This document shows positions 1 to 8,594 of a stretch of 64,000 nucleotides of DNA, one piece after another. Position 1 is the stretch's first letter; the number at the start of each line of letters is the position of its first letter. The notes under the pieces are model-generated. The model had not been told where the DNA came from and did no database searches. It saw nothing but the letters and a program-made list of their open reading frames with translations. The translations under genes were made by a program, and so were the position numbers. This stretch comes from Anaerolineae bacterium (GTDB lineage: Bacteria; Chloroflexota; Anaerolineae; Aggregatilineales; Phototrophicaceae), in the NCBI GenBank assembly GCA_022824565.1, contig JAJDZQ010000120.1:74445-138444 (forward strand), written 5' to 3'.

Positions 1-56
1 CTCCCCTCCCTGACTCGTCGGGGAGGGGCTGGGGGAGGGGTTGGGGGAGGGGCTGG
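1..56. repeat. G/C-tract hairpin repeat (REP-like, family A)
   Basis: A ctcccctccc-tgactcgtc-ggggagggg hairpin is followed by ggggaggggctgggggaggggttg units. The same motif recurs at 6275-6317, 8244-8274 and 15446-15488. It lies just past the stop of the 57-6020 gene. Confidence 0.7.
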
Positions 57-3000
57 CTACTCGTCTGTGATGCGGAAGAGCAGGCCCGCGCCCCGGCCAT
101 AGACTTCGGGGAAGTTCAGCTCGCGCGCAGTGGGCGGGATGACCTGGTACTCACCTGCGATAGTCGGTCGGAGCGTATAGACATATTCATAGACGCCACG
201 CGGCAAATAGCTGGCATAGATGCTGGCTTTCTCATCGCGAAATTCGATCGAGTCGAAGTGCCACCAGCCCCAGCCCTGCGCCTGGTCGATGCGTTCGCCG
301 CCGGGCATGGTGCCGATCTGTTGGCTGGTTGCCAGCGCGGGATTGATTGGTTCTGCCCCGGCCGGGAAGGCATCTTCAATGACGACATAGCGCAGCGCAT
401 TGGGCGCGACGATCTGCAAACGAACCTGGACCGTTTCCCCGACTGCGGCGCTATGTATTGCCGTCTTCGTTTCATCGCCCAGCAGCGTGTAGGTGCGCGA
501 AATTTCCAGGCCGCGGTTGATCGGCTGCAGGGCGGGCACGGGCAGATCGGCCCGCAGATGGGCGGTATAATACAGCGTCCCGGCTCCGTCTCCACGCCGA
601 AATGACAGGATGTTGGTCTCGTCTTGCAACAGCTGATCCAGCTCGACTCGCAGCGCATCGTCTTGCAGCGCATTGTCGGACATGGCGACATCGACCAGCA
701 ACTGCTCACCGTTGATTTCGGCGCTATAGATGAAGTCGGGGGTCAGCTCGCCGCTGTGCAGCAGCCAGTTGGTCAACGCGATAATCGACCAGGTTGTCTG
801 CTGCATGGAAGGCCAATGTCCGCCGCCTTCTCGCACAGTGACCAGATGCCGCACGATATTGGGCAGCAGTTCGCTTTGCGGGCGCAGTGTCTGCAAAGTG
901 TCCAAAGCCAGCGCGGTGCTGCGAATATCCGATGACCAATTCCAGCGGTCGACATAGCTTTCTTCGAAAAATGTGCCCGTGGCGCGGCTAACAGCGCGAT
1001 TTTGCAGCATCTGGACGAGCGCATCCAGGCGGGTTGCGTCTTGTGGGTTGATGCTGTGCAATGTCTGCGCTAAAAAGGCGACCGCGTCCAGGTTTAGGCG
1101 CTGGCGGCTTTGGAAAAGTTCGGCGCTATGGTCGGGTTCTGGCGCGCCAGATAACGCCAGCGCATACAAGAGGAATGCCTGACGGTTCAACTGCCAGGCT
1201 TCGTCCGCCAACGAAGGCTTGATTATAGCCTGCCGCAGATGCCGCTGCGCGCGATCGATTGTCGCGGCATCGACGAGATAGCCTTGCTGCCGGGCGATTG
1301 CCAAGCCATAGAGCGCATAAGCGGTTGTCGTGATGTCGCTGCTATTGCCGCCGCACCAGCTCCAGCCGCCGTCGCGTAACTGCCGCCCAACCAGCTCTTG
1401 CAAAGACTCGGCGGTCAGCGCGTCCAAAGTGGCTTTCAGCGCCGTGTCCGCCAATTTCAACTGCTCCAGCGCTCGGTAGCTGACGATATTGGGCAGAAAG
1501 CGGCTGACCAGGCTGGCTGTGCAATCCTGGTACCGCGTTGATTCTGCCGCCAGGTAGGTCAGGCTCTCGGTCAGCATGCCGGCCAGCGACTTTTGCAGGC
1601 GTATATCCAGGCTACCCTGCCGCAAATCCAGGTCGCCAGGCAGACGCAGCGCTTCCTGGCGCATCCCCGCCGCACGCAGCAGCCCGGCCGTGCCGATTGT
1701 TTCCGAAGCGGCAAAGCGATACACGGGCAAGCTGCCTTTGTCATCGATGCTTGCGGGAGAAATACTGGCATCGCTGAACGAGCCATCATCGCTGCGCACA
1801 GCAAAATATGGCGCGACCGACTCGACAGCGCCGACTTCGACCTGCCAGGTGATGCGCTGCCGACCACCAGCCGGGATGTTGATGCGCCGGCTGGCCTCGC
1901 CATCCGCCAACTCCAGCCCGGCCAGATTGTGCAGGGATACATTGGCGGCCAAGTGCGCTGCGCTGTTGTTGTTGACGATGGCAGCCAGCTGAACGCGGTC
2001 GCCGACGATGAAAAAGCGAGGCGTGATTGGGCGGATCAACACGGGGCGCGTGCTACGCAGATCGGATGTGTTTTCGCCCAGCAGCAGCTTGCCATCGGGC
2101 GACTTCGTCCAGGCGCGGGCATCGAGCCGCCAAGTCGTCAGGTTATCGGGCAGGCGGAGTTCAAAAGCCACTTTGCCAGCCGAGTCGGTCACAAGCAGCG
2201 GATTCCAATAGGGCGTATCGATAAATTCGCTGCGGATATCAAAAATGGCTTCGTCAGAAAGCCCGCCACCGCCACGACCATCGTCAAAGCAGCAGCTATC
2301 GGACATCGCCGCCGATTCCATCATCGCGCGCTCTTGAGCCACTTGCATGACGAGCGGGCTGGAAGTCTGCACACCCAGCGCTTGCCGGTGATAAAAGTGC
2401 TCCAGCAAAGTCGGGTTGACCGGCTCGCCAAGCGAAAGCGCTGCCAGGTCGGTCAAAGCCACGCCCACTTCCGCCACAATCGGCTCGCCAAGATAATCGC
2501 TGACCTGCATCTGCCAGGCGATGGTGTCGTCCGGAGCGGCGCTGCGGCTGTCGGGGCGGATGTCGATAGCCAGCGCCTGGCGGTCAACATCGACACGCAA
2601 CTGTGTCATGCCCATTCGCCAACTGGCGGACCGATTGTTCGCGTCGGGTGGCTTTATGATGAAGGCGCTGACATAGATATTCGGCGCATGCTCGGGCCGG
2701 ACTTCAAATTCGTAGAGCTGCGAATTGCTGCGCAATGTCAAGACTTCTGTGCTGAGCACCTCGCCGCGCTCGATGGTGACCAGCGCCTGCGCCTCGCCCT
2801 GGAATGGCGATGTGATGAGCACTTTGGCTGTTTCGCCGATTTGGTAGGCGCTCGCAGCGGGCACCAGCTCGATGACCCGGTCGTTTTGCGCGCGCCAGGG
2901 GATGTAGTCATCGCCAACCGCCCAGCTATAGGCCGCGGTTCGAAGCTCGTTGCCTACAGAATCGCTGGCTGAGGCAGTGATTTTGTAGCTGCCACCCACC

Positions 3001-6000
3001 GGCGGCTGGTAGACGAATAGCGCTTTGCCAGCGGCGTCCGTGACCAGGCTGCCGCTGCTGACAGGGTAGTAGTCGACTTCCCAGGTCGTGCTGACGCTAC
3101 CGCTGATCGGGTCTTGCTCTTGCACTGGCCGCCAACGTTGTTCGACTACTTCAATATCAATCGGCTGGCTGGCGATAGGCTGGCTGTCCCAGTCGACGAC
3201 GATGAGTTGGATGCGGCTGTCTTCGCCCGCTCGCACGACGGCGCTTTCAGCCTGCGCGCCAATATAAAAGAGTCCCTGATGCACGATCAGGCTGGTCTGT
3301 TCATAGATCGCCTGCCCCGACTCATCGCCGACAGAAGCTTCAATCAGCCAACGTTGACTCCGATTGTCTGCGCCCTGCTCGCCCACCAGTTGGAAGCGCG
3401 CCCGGCCATGCGCGTCGGTGCTCAACTCGCCTTGGGCAATCAGGCTTTCGTCAATGTAGAATTCGCGCTCGGCCGCGTCATATAGGTCGCGCTCGCCAAA
3501 ATCGTAATCGCCAGCCCCCGTATAGTCAAATGCGTAGGGCGCAGCCAGGACGGTGTAGTCGGCTTTTGCCTGTGATACCGCGCCACCAAAGAAGTACGCG
3601 CCTTCCAGCTCGATTTCGGCTGTGTCGCCAGGCGCGATTTGCGCTGGATCGGCACGCAGCGAAACCTGAAATTCCGGCAAGCGATAGTCCGCCACCAAGA
3701 AGCTGAACCAGCCGCTGGCTTCTTGATAGCCTTCTGCATCGCCTTCTGCATAGCCAGAGTCGACAGGCAGAGCGACCGAGACAACATAGCGTCCGGGCGC
3801 GGCATCGGCCGGGAGCTCGAACTTGCCGTGAAAACTGCCGGACTCACTGAGCGGCAACACTTGTTCATAGACAGCATCGCCACGCGAATCGCCGATGCTG
3901 ACCAGTGCGCTGGAATGCTGCGGGGGCGGGTAGCTCACATCGTCTTTGGCGCGCGCCAAGCCACGAAAATAGACGGGCTGGCCGCCACGATACACGGTAC
4001 GGTCAGCATAGACATAAACCTGATGGGGACTGGGATAATAGTCCGCATCAAAGCCGAAATCCCAGGCAGCCACGCCGTCCGTCCAGTTCGTGAAGCCGAT
4101 GCCAAAATGCTCGCCTGCATCCAGCACAGCGACGAAGCCTGCATAGCGCTCTTTTGCTGGCGGCAGATCAATCTGCGCGATGCCTTGTGCGTCGCTGAAA
4201 CCACTGCCAATCTCACGGGACTCTGGACCATAGACACGGATGCGCTGGCCGCCGATTGGCGCGCCGCTTTTGGCATCGAGCGCCCAGATCGTCAGTTTGC
4301 TGGTGGATTGCTTCATCGTCAGCACAGCGTTGGCCACGGTCAGGAAGTGTCTGGTCGGCGCCCAGCGCAGATCCAGCCCTGGCGCGCTTAGCTCGGCGAA
4401 ATAGATGCCTGGCGTCAATCCGTTTTCTGCCAAAGTCACGGTCTCGGTCTGGCGGGTTTTCTCTGCTGTGCCAGGGATGCGCCAGCTTTGCAGCAAGCTC
4501 GACTCGGGTGGGCGGTAGTCATCGGCGGCAGAATGCTGTTCTGGATCAGTCAGGCGCGCGACGAAGTCTGCCTGCGAAAGCCCATATAGCGCCAGGTCGA
4601 CATGCTCGATTCCCCGATGATAGACCTGCAAGCGGGTCGGTGGCTGCGCGTAGGTAACACCGACAGCGCCGGGCAAAACAAAGCCGACTTCTGGCGGACG
4701 CGGCGCGGTTTTGTAGGCAAACGTCAGCGGTTCGGCGATGGCATTCCCATAGATATCGCGCATGCCAGCAGCGACTGTGACGCGATAATTCGTGTCTGGC
4801 TGGGCATCAAATGACACGGCATAGCGATTGTTCCAGTCGCTGTAATAGGTGGTCGGCGCTTCGGCAGGGGCTGGCTCGATGCGCACTTTGCCAGCCAGCG
4901 AGTCGATTGCCATTGGCGATGCGAAGTAGAGCGACAACCCGTGCGTATAGGCGTCTTGTTCGCCAGCGCGCGGCTCTGTTTCGACAATGCGCGGCGCGCC
5001 GACAGTGCTGTAGGACCAGTCGGGCGCTTGGGAACTGCCAGCTAGGCGCAGACCCGGCAGCAATTCGCCATCAAAACTGGCTGTATACACCGTGTCCAAG
5101 GCCAGCCGCCGATCGGGCCTATAAGCGAAACCCAGGCCATCTTCCGCCCATTGGAATGCGCCGCCGAGCTTGGGGTCGCTGCTATTGGGCTGCGCCCGAA
5201 AGCGGAATGCGCGCTCGACCAGGTTTTGTGAGAGCGGCTGATCGAAGCGGATCTGGATGCGCGGATCCAAAACCAGCCCACTTGTATCGGGCGGCGGATT
5301 GATGGCAACGATTGTGGGCGGCGCTGTTTTGAACGACCAGCTTGCCGGTCCCCCCAGGACCGAGCCATCAACCGCGGCCAGGTCGGCGGCAATTGTCACA
5401 GTATAGTCCGTAGCGCCGGCCAGTGGCTGGGATGGCGTATACACATAAACAGCGCTATTCACCCATTCGCCAATCCCAGCGACCGCGGGCGACAAATTCA
5501 GCGGTTGCGGCAGATCGCCCCGGTCCGGCGACAAGGCAAGCGGAACGACCGGCGCGTCGAATGCCACGCTAATGGCGGAATCTACCGGCGCCAGCGAGCT
5601 GCCTGGCAACGGAAATGCATCTGCGATTGCCAGAAAGCCAACAGTGGAAAATACCACCTGGACAGGATCGAGCAAAGGCGCGCCATCTTTGGCAGCCAGC
5701 GGCGTATTCAAGCGAAAGGTGTACTGCTGGTCGCGCTGGAAAGCGCCAACTGGCTCGAAGCCAAGCGAATATTCATCGCAGCGCAGCTCTCCGCGAGTGG
5801 CGGGCTGCCAGGAAAATGCCGCTTCTGCCTGCGCGCAATCGACCCGGCGATTGAACCAGAAGGTGACCGTGTCTTCCAAGCCCAGCTGCCCGGCGGGCGA
5901 GGGCTGTACAGCTATTACCGCCAGGTAGGCGGCTTGATTGACCTGCGCGGCGATGTGGAGCGCGCCAGCCAGCATCAGCAGATTGAATAAGGCAAATGCA

Positions 6001-6020
6001 AGACAGAGCTGTCTGCGCAT
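57..6020 (-). CDS. alpha-2-macroglobulin family protein (large secreted, non-thioester type)
   Basis: 1987-aa ORF with a hydrophobic signal-like N-terminus (LAFALFNLLMLAGALHIAAQ) and about four Ig-like N-terminal modules. The C-terminal region has an A2M-like TTTAYALYGLAIARQQGY segment. The thioester-site context is YQDCTASLVSRFLP, i.e. CTAS where CxEQ is expected. Confidence 0.8.
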   Translation of the reverse strand: MRRQLCLAFALFNLLMLAGALHIAAQVNQAAYLAVIAVQPSPAGQLGLEDTVTFWFNRRVDCAQAEAAFSWQPATRGELRCDEYSLGFEPVGAFQRDQQYTFRLNTPLAAKDGAPLLDPVQVVFSTVGFLAIADAFPLPGSSLAPVDSAISVAFDAPVVPLALSPDRGDLPQPLNLSPAVAGIGEWVNSAVYVYTPSQPLAGATDYTVTIAADLAAVDGSVLGGPASWSFKTAPPTIVAINPPPDTSGLVLDPRIQIRFDQPLSQNLVERAFRFRAQPNSSDPKLGGAFQWAEDGLGFAYRPDRRLALDTVYTASFDGELLPGLRLAGSSQAPDWSYSTVGAPRIVETEPRAGEQDAYTHGLSLYFASPMAIDSLAGKVRIEPAPAEAPTTYYSDWNNRYAVSFDAQPDTNYRVTVAAGMRDIYGNAIAEPLTFAYKTAPRPPEVGFVLPGAVGVTYAQPPTRLQVYHRGIEHVDLALYGLSQADFVARLTDPEQHSAADDYRPPESSLLQSWRIPGTAEKTRQTETVTLAENGLTPGIYFAELSAPGLDLRWAPTRHFLTVANAVLTMKQSTSKLTIWALDAKSGAPIGGQRIRVYGPESREIGSGFSDAQGIAQIDLPPAKERYAGFVAVLDAGEHFGIGFTNWTDGVAAWDFGFDADYYPSPHQVYVYADRTVYRGGQPVYFRGLARAKDDVSYPPPQHSSALVSIGDSRGDAVYEQVLPLSESGSFHGKFELPADAAPGRYVVSVALPVDSGYAEGDAEGYQEASGWFSFLVADYRLPEFQVSLRADPAQIAPGDTAEIELEGAYFFGGAVSQAKADYTVLAAPYAFDYTGAGDYDFGERDLYDAAEREFYIDESLIAQGELSTDAHGRARFQLVGEQGADNRSQRWLIEASVGDESGQAIYEQTSLIVHQGLFYIGAQAESAVVRAGEDSRIQLIVVDWDSQPIASQPIDIEVVEQRWRPVQEQDPISGSVSTTWEVDYYPVSSGSLVTDAAGKALFVYQPPVGGSYKITASASDSVGNELRTAAYSWAVGDDYIPWRAQNDRVIELVPAASAYQIGETAKVLITSPFQGEAQALVTIERGEVLSTEVLTLRSNSQLYEFEVRPEHAPNIYVSAFIIKPPDANNRSASWRMGMTQLRVDVDRQALAIDIRPDSRSAAPDDTIAWQMQVSDYLGEPIVAEVGVALTDLAALSLGEPVNPTLLEHFYHRQALGVQTSSPLVMQVAQERAMMESAAMSDSCCFDDGRGGGGLSDEAIFDIRSEFIDTPYWNPLLVTDSAGKVAFELRLPDNLTTWRLDARAWTKSPDGKLLLGENTSDLRSTRPVLIRPITPRFFIVGDRVQLAAIVNNNSAAHLAANVSLHNLAGLELADGEASRRINIPAGGRQRITWQVEVGAVESVAPYFAVRSDDGSFSDASISPASIDDKGSLPVYRFAASETIGTAGLLRAAGMRQEALRLPGDLDLRQGSLDIRLQKSLAGMLTESLTYLAAESTRYQDCTASLVSRFLPNIVSYRALEQLKLADTALKATLDALTAESLQELVGRQLRDGGWSWCGGNSSDITTTAYALYGLAIARQQGYLVDAATIDRAQRHLRQAIIKPSLADEAWQLNRQAFLLYALALSGAPEPDHSAELFQSRQRLNLDAVAFLAQTLHSINPQDATRLDALVQMLQNRAVSRATGTFFEESYVDRWNWSSDIRSTALALDTLQTLRPQSELLPNIVRHLVTVREGGGHWPSMQQTTWSIIALTNWLLHSGELTPDFIYSAEINGEQLLVDVAMSDNALQDDALRVELDQLLQDETNILSFRRGDGAGTLYYTAHLRADLPVPALQPINRGLEISRTYTLLGDETKTAIHSAAVGETVQVRLQIVAPNALRYVVIEDAFPAGAEPINPALATSQQIGTMPGGERIDQAQGWGWWHFDSIEFRDEKASIYASYLPRGVYEYVYTLRPTIAGEYQVIPPTARELNFPEVYGRGAGLLFRITDE

Positions 6021-6070
6021 GGGCTATCCCTCCCGAATAGTTGCCCGTCGCAGACAAAGTATACTTGATA

Positions 6071-6212
6071 CCCCCCTCGGTCCCCCGACAGGTCAGGGGG
6101 AAGCAACCCCCCTCGGTCCCCCCGACAGGTCAAGAGGGAGAAACCCCCTCGGTCCCCCCGACAAGTCAAGAGGAAGCAACCCCCTCGGTCCCCCATATCA
6201 ATAGGGGGAAGG
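6071..6212. repeat. tandem array of 36-37-nt C/G-tract units (family B), about 3.5 copies
   Basis: Head-to-tail units cccccctcggtcccccgacaggtcagggggaagcaa, cccccctcggtccccccgacaggtcaagagggagaaa and ccccctcggtccccccgacaagtcaagaggaagcaa, plus a partial unit. There are no spacers between units. Confidence 0.8.
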
Positions 6213-6274
6213 TTTCGCCGAGCGTTCGCTTAGACTTTGAAACCCACAAACAGTCGCGATTCCGGTTGCTTTAA

Positions 6275-6317
6275 CTCCCCTCCCTGATGCTTCGGGGAGG
6301 GGCTGGGGGAGGGGTTG
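6275..6317. repeat. G/C-tract hairpin repeat (family A)
   Basis: ctcccctccctgatgcttcggggaggggctgggggaggggttg. A stem cccctccc/ggggagggg is followed by the same G-rich tail as at 1-56. Confidence 0.75.
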
Positions 6318-6329
6318 ACTCGCCCGCTA

Positions 6330-6366
6330 CCCCCCTCGGTCCCCCCGACAGGTCAGGGGGAAGCAA
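6330..6366. repeat. isolated family-B unit
   Basis: cccccctcggtccccccgacaggtcagggggaagcaa, near-identical to the units of the 6071-6212 array. Confidence 0.75.
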
Positions 6367-6417
6367 GCATCGGCAACCCTTTCCGTCCATACGGGGCTGG
6401 GGGAGTGGTCGCCAAGC

Positions 6418-7428
6418 TTAGCCGGGGATGCGGGCGAAGGCTGCGTGCGCGCGCTGGACGACATCGCCGGGCGCGAAGAGCTTCTCGAACTCTCGCAGCG
6501 CCAGCGCCAGGTCCCGCTCGCCGAGGTAGCTGGCGCAAAAGACGCGCTCGCCATAATCCGCAAATTCTTGCAAGGTCCAGTCATAGCGATAATAGGCGAT
6601 CGCAGCCAGGTCGATGTGGCAATCGCCATATCCTGCCAAAAAAGCGGCTTCGCTCTGCGGCGCATGTCCATCGCCCAAAAAGAACATCAGGTCGCGTTCC
6701 ATCGGCGCGAGCAGAGCCTCGTCCCAGTCGACGATATGCATGTCGGCTTCGTCAGAAATGATGAGGTTGGCGGCGTGCATATCGGCGTGGCAGATGACAA
6801 AAGGCCGCGCTAGCTGTGCGAGCTGTTCGCCCAAGGCGCAGTAGCGCTCTTTGCACAACGCAATCTCGTCAGCTTGTTCGCGCCAGATAGTCGCAACTTG
6901 CCGCGCGGCTTCGCTTTTGAATTGGCCAGTTTCCAAAATCCGTTCCACCATGGCGATGCTGGAATGCCACTTTACGCCGAAGACCTCGCGCTCGACAACT
7001 TGACCCAGCTGGCTGCTGACTGGCGCGTCATGAATGGCGCGCACGATTTCTCCCCAGGCTCGCCATTGCGCGGGCTGCAGATGCCTCCCCCATGCCGATC
7101 TGCCCGCAACAAAGGGGTACAGGATCAGCGAAAACTCCGCAGTGACAGGCGCGGACAGCTCGCCAGCCAGTGTCGCCAAAGGCGCGACAACCTGCTTGAT
7201 GCCCAGGCGCTGCAAGCTATGCGGCACATGCAGAGCCGCCTGTTTCAGTTCGCCACGGCGCATTTTTGCGAAGTAGCGAGTCGTTCCAGCTTCAACGCGA
7301 TAAGACCAAGCGCGCGAGTCGTTGCCTATCGGCAGAAACTCCAGCGCAGTCGGCGCAATGTCATAGGCGGCGCTGAGGACATTTTTGAGGCAGTGGTCGG
7401 GCAGGTCGGGTTTGCTCAGCATAGGCAT
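6418..7428 (-). CDS. aminoglycoside/phosphotransferase (APH) family kinase
   Basis: Brenner-type motif ICHADMHAANLII followed by IVDWDEA. The track ORF extends to 7467. The ATG at 7428 (MPMLSKPDL...) is preferred, but the start is uncertain. Confidence 0.75.
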   Translation of the reverse strand: MPMLSKPDLPDHCLKNVLSAAYDIAPTALEFLPIGNDSRAWSYRVEAGTTRYFAKMRRGELKQAALHVPHSLQRLGIKQVVAPLATLAGELSAPVTAEFSLILYPFVAGRSAWGRHLQPAQWRAWGEIVRAIHDAPVSSQLGQVVEREVFGVKWHSSIAMVERILETGQFKSEAARQVATIWREQADEIALCKERYCALGEQLAQLARPFVICHADMHAANLIISDEADMHIVDWDEALLAPMERDLMFFLGDGHAPQSEAAFLAGYGDCHIDLAAIAYYRYDWTLQEFADYGERVFCASYLGERDLALALREFEKLFAPGDVVQRAHAAFARIPG

Positions 7429-7594
7429 GATTCGTACCACAGGGCTGCGAGCCAGTAAAGCGGGCAAGGCGCGCCGCTTTGCATAAAGAATGGGTTGAGG
7501 ATTCGGCTTGCGCTCGGCAGGCTGGTTGAATCTTGCTATACTCAGTCAAGGTCTCAAATAGATCTGGCAAGCGAGCAGAGAGGCGATCCTGGCG

Positions 7595-8143
7595 GTGTCC
7601 AGCACAAGTGTCATGCAGTTGCGGGTGTTGCTGTTGAATGGCAGCACCTGGGAGCCCCTGTCTGTCATCACAGTGCCGCGCGCGATGAACCTGCTGCTGG
7701 CGGGCAAAGCCATCGCGGTAGAACAAACAGGCCAATACCTGAATACTGTGCGCGCCAAATTTGCCGTGCCATCGGTCATCGCATTGCGGTCGTATGTCAA
7801 TGTGCCGCGCCGCAAATCGCACTGGAGTCGCAAGGGAGTGCTGGTGCGAGATCATTACACCTGCATCTACTGCGGCGTCCAGCTGGGCTCGCAGATGCGG
7901 GGGCGCGTCCTGACCAAGCGCGACTTCACGATTGACCACATCATCCCGCGCTGCCAGGGCGGCAAAGACACCTGGTCGAATACGGCTTGCGCCTGCGCGC
8001 GCTGCAACCACCGCAAAGGCAATCGTCTGCACAATGTCGCTGGCATGCGGCTGTTGTGGGAACCCAAGATGCCGCGGACCAGCTACCTGGTCATCGCGCT
8101 GGGGTCTGGTCCCGAAGTGTGGAAACGTTATGTAGAGATCTAG
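7595..8143 (+). CDS. HNH endonuclease (McrA/COG1403-like)
   Basis: CxxC ... DHIIPRCQGGKDTWSNTACACARCNHRKGN motif. Start is either GTG 7595 or ATG 7613. Confidence 0.8.
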   Translation: MSSTSVMQLRVLLLNGSTWEPLSVITVPRAMNLLLAGKAIAVEQTGQYLNTVRAKFAVPSVIALRSYVNVPRRKSHWSRKGVLVRDHYTCIYCGVQLGSQMRGRVLTKRDFTIDHIIPRCQGGKDTWSNTACACARCNHRKGNRLHNVAGMRLLWEPKMPRTSYLVIALGSGPEVWKRYVEI

Positions 8144-8156
8144 GCGCGCCAGATTA

Positions 8157-8274
8157 CCCCCCGGACAGGGCTGGGGGAGGCAACCCCCACCCCAAACCCC
8201 TCCCCCAAAATGAGGGAGGGGCTTTTCACGCCCCATCAATCCACCTGACGGGGAGGGGCTGGGGGAGGGGTTGG
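8157..8274. repeat. cluster of G/C-tract hairpin repeats
   Basis: ccccccggacagggctgggggagg, the hairpin cccctcccccaaaatgagggagggg, and the family-A tail ggggaggggctgggggaggggttgg. Confidence 0.7.
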
Positions 8275-8286
8275 CTATCCTCCTTC

Positions 8287-8315
8287 TTGACAGAATAGAA
8301 TTTCTGTTCTATAGT
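8287..8315 (+). promoter_or_regulatory. near-consensus sigma70-type promoter with an embedded palindrome
   Basis: TTGACA (8287-8292), a 17-nt spacer, then TATAGT (8310-8315). The inverted repeat ACAGAA-tagaat-TTCTGT (8290-8307) overlaps the -35 box and spacer. Confidence 0.55.
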
Positions 8316-8393
8316 CGGGTTGCAGAATGCCTTCACAGGGCAGCCCGGTCGGTTTCGCCGCGCTTGCCCACATCGGCTACGGGGCGAATTTTG

Positions 8394-8594
8394 ATGCAGA
8401 TGGGTGGCGAATTAGCGTGTTGCGCGGTCGTGCGCTTGACGGTGCCCTACCGAGAGGCGGCGCGTGGCGCTTACATCATCGTGTACATCTATCGCAATGG
8501 CTGGCTGGGCGTGGTATCGAGGCGCGACGGGCGCAGATACGATGTGCCCGCTTACATTTGCCGCGTAATTAAAAGCGCTGGAGCAGGCGCCTAG
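8394..8594 (+). CDS. hypothetical small protein (66 aa), tentative
   Basis: ATG ORF MQMGGELACCAVVRLTVPYREAARGAYIIVYIYRNGWLGVVSRRDGRRYDVPAYICRVIKSAGAGA with G/C-rich third positions, about 80 nt downstream of the strong promoter. No recognisable family and a weak SD. A non-coding RNA cannot be excluded. Confidence 0.35.
   Translation: MQMGGELACCAVVRLTVPYREAARGAYIIVYIYRNGWLGVVSRRDGRRYDVPAYICRVIKSAGAGA

Noticed and set aside
6071-6212. Possible CRISPR array, since the repeat unit of 36-37 nt is CRISPR-sized.
   Set aside because: The units are directly head to tail with no spacers and are degenerate. No cas genes are in the window. It is a plain tandem repeat.
7595-8143. HNH endonuclease as part of a defence or homing system.
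   Set aside because: It is a stand-alone gene with host-like GC. It has no adjacent methyltransferase, helicase, intein or intron context, and no flanking duplications. This small McrA-like HNH family is common as a solitary chromosomal gene.
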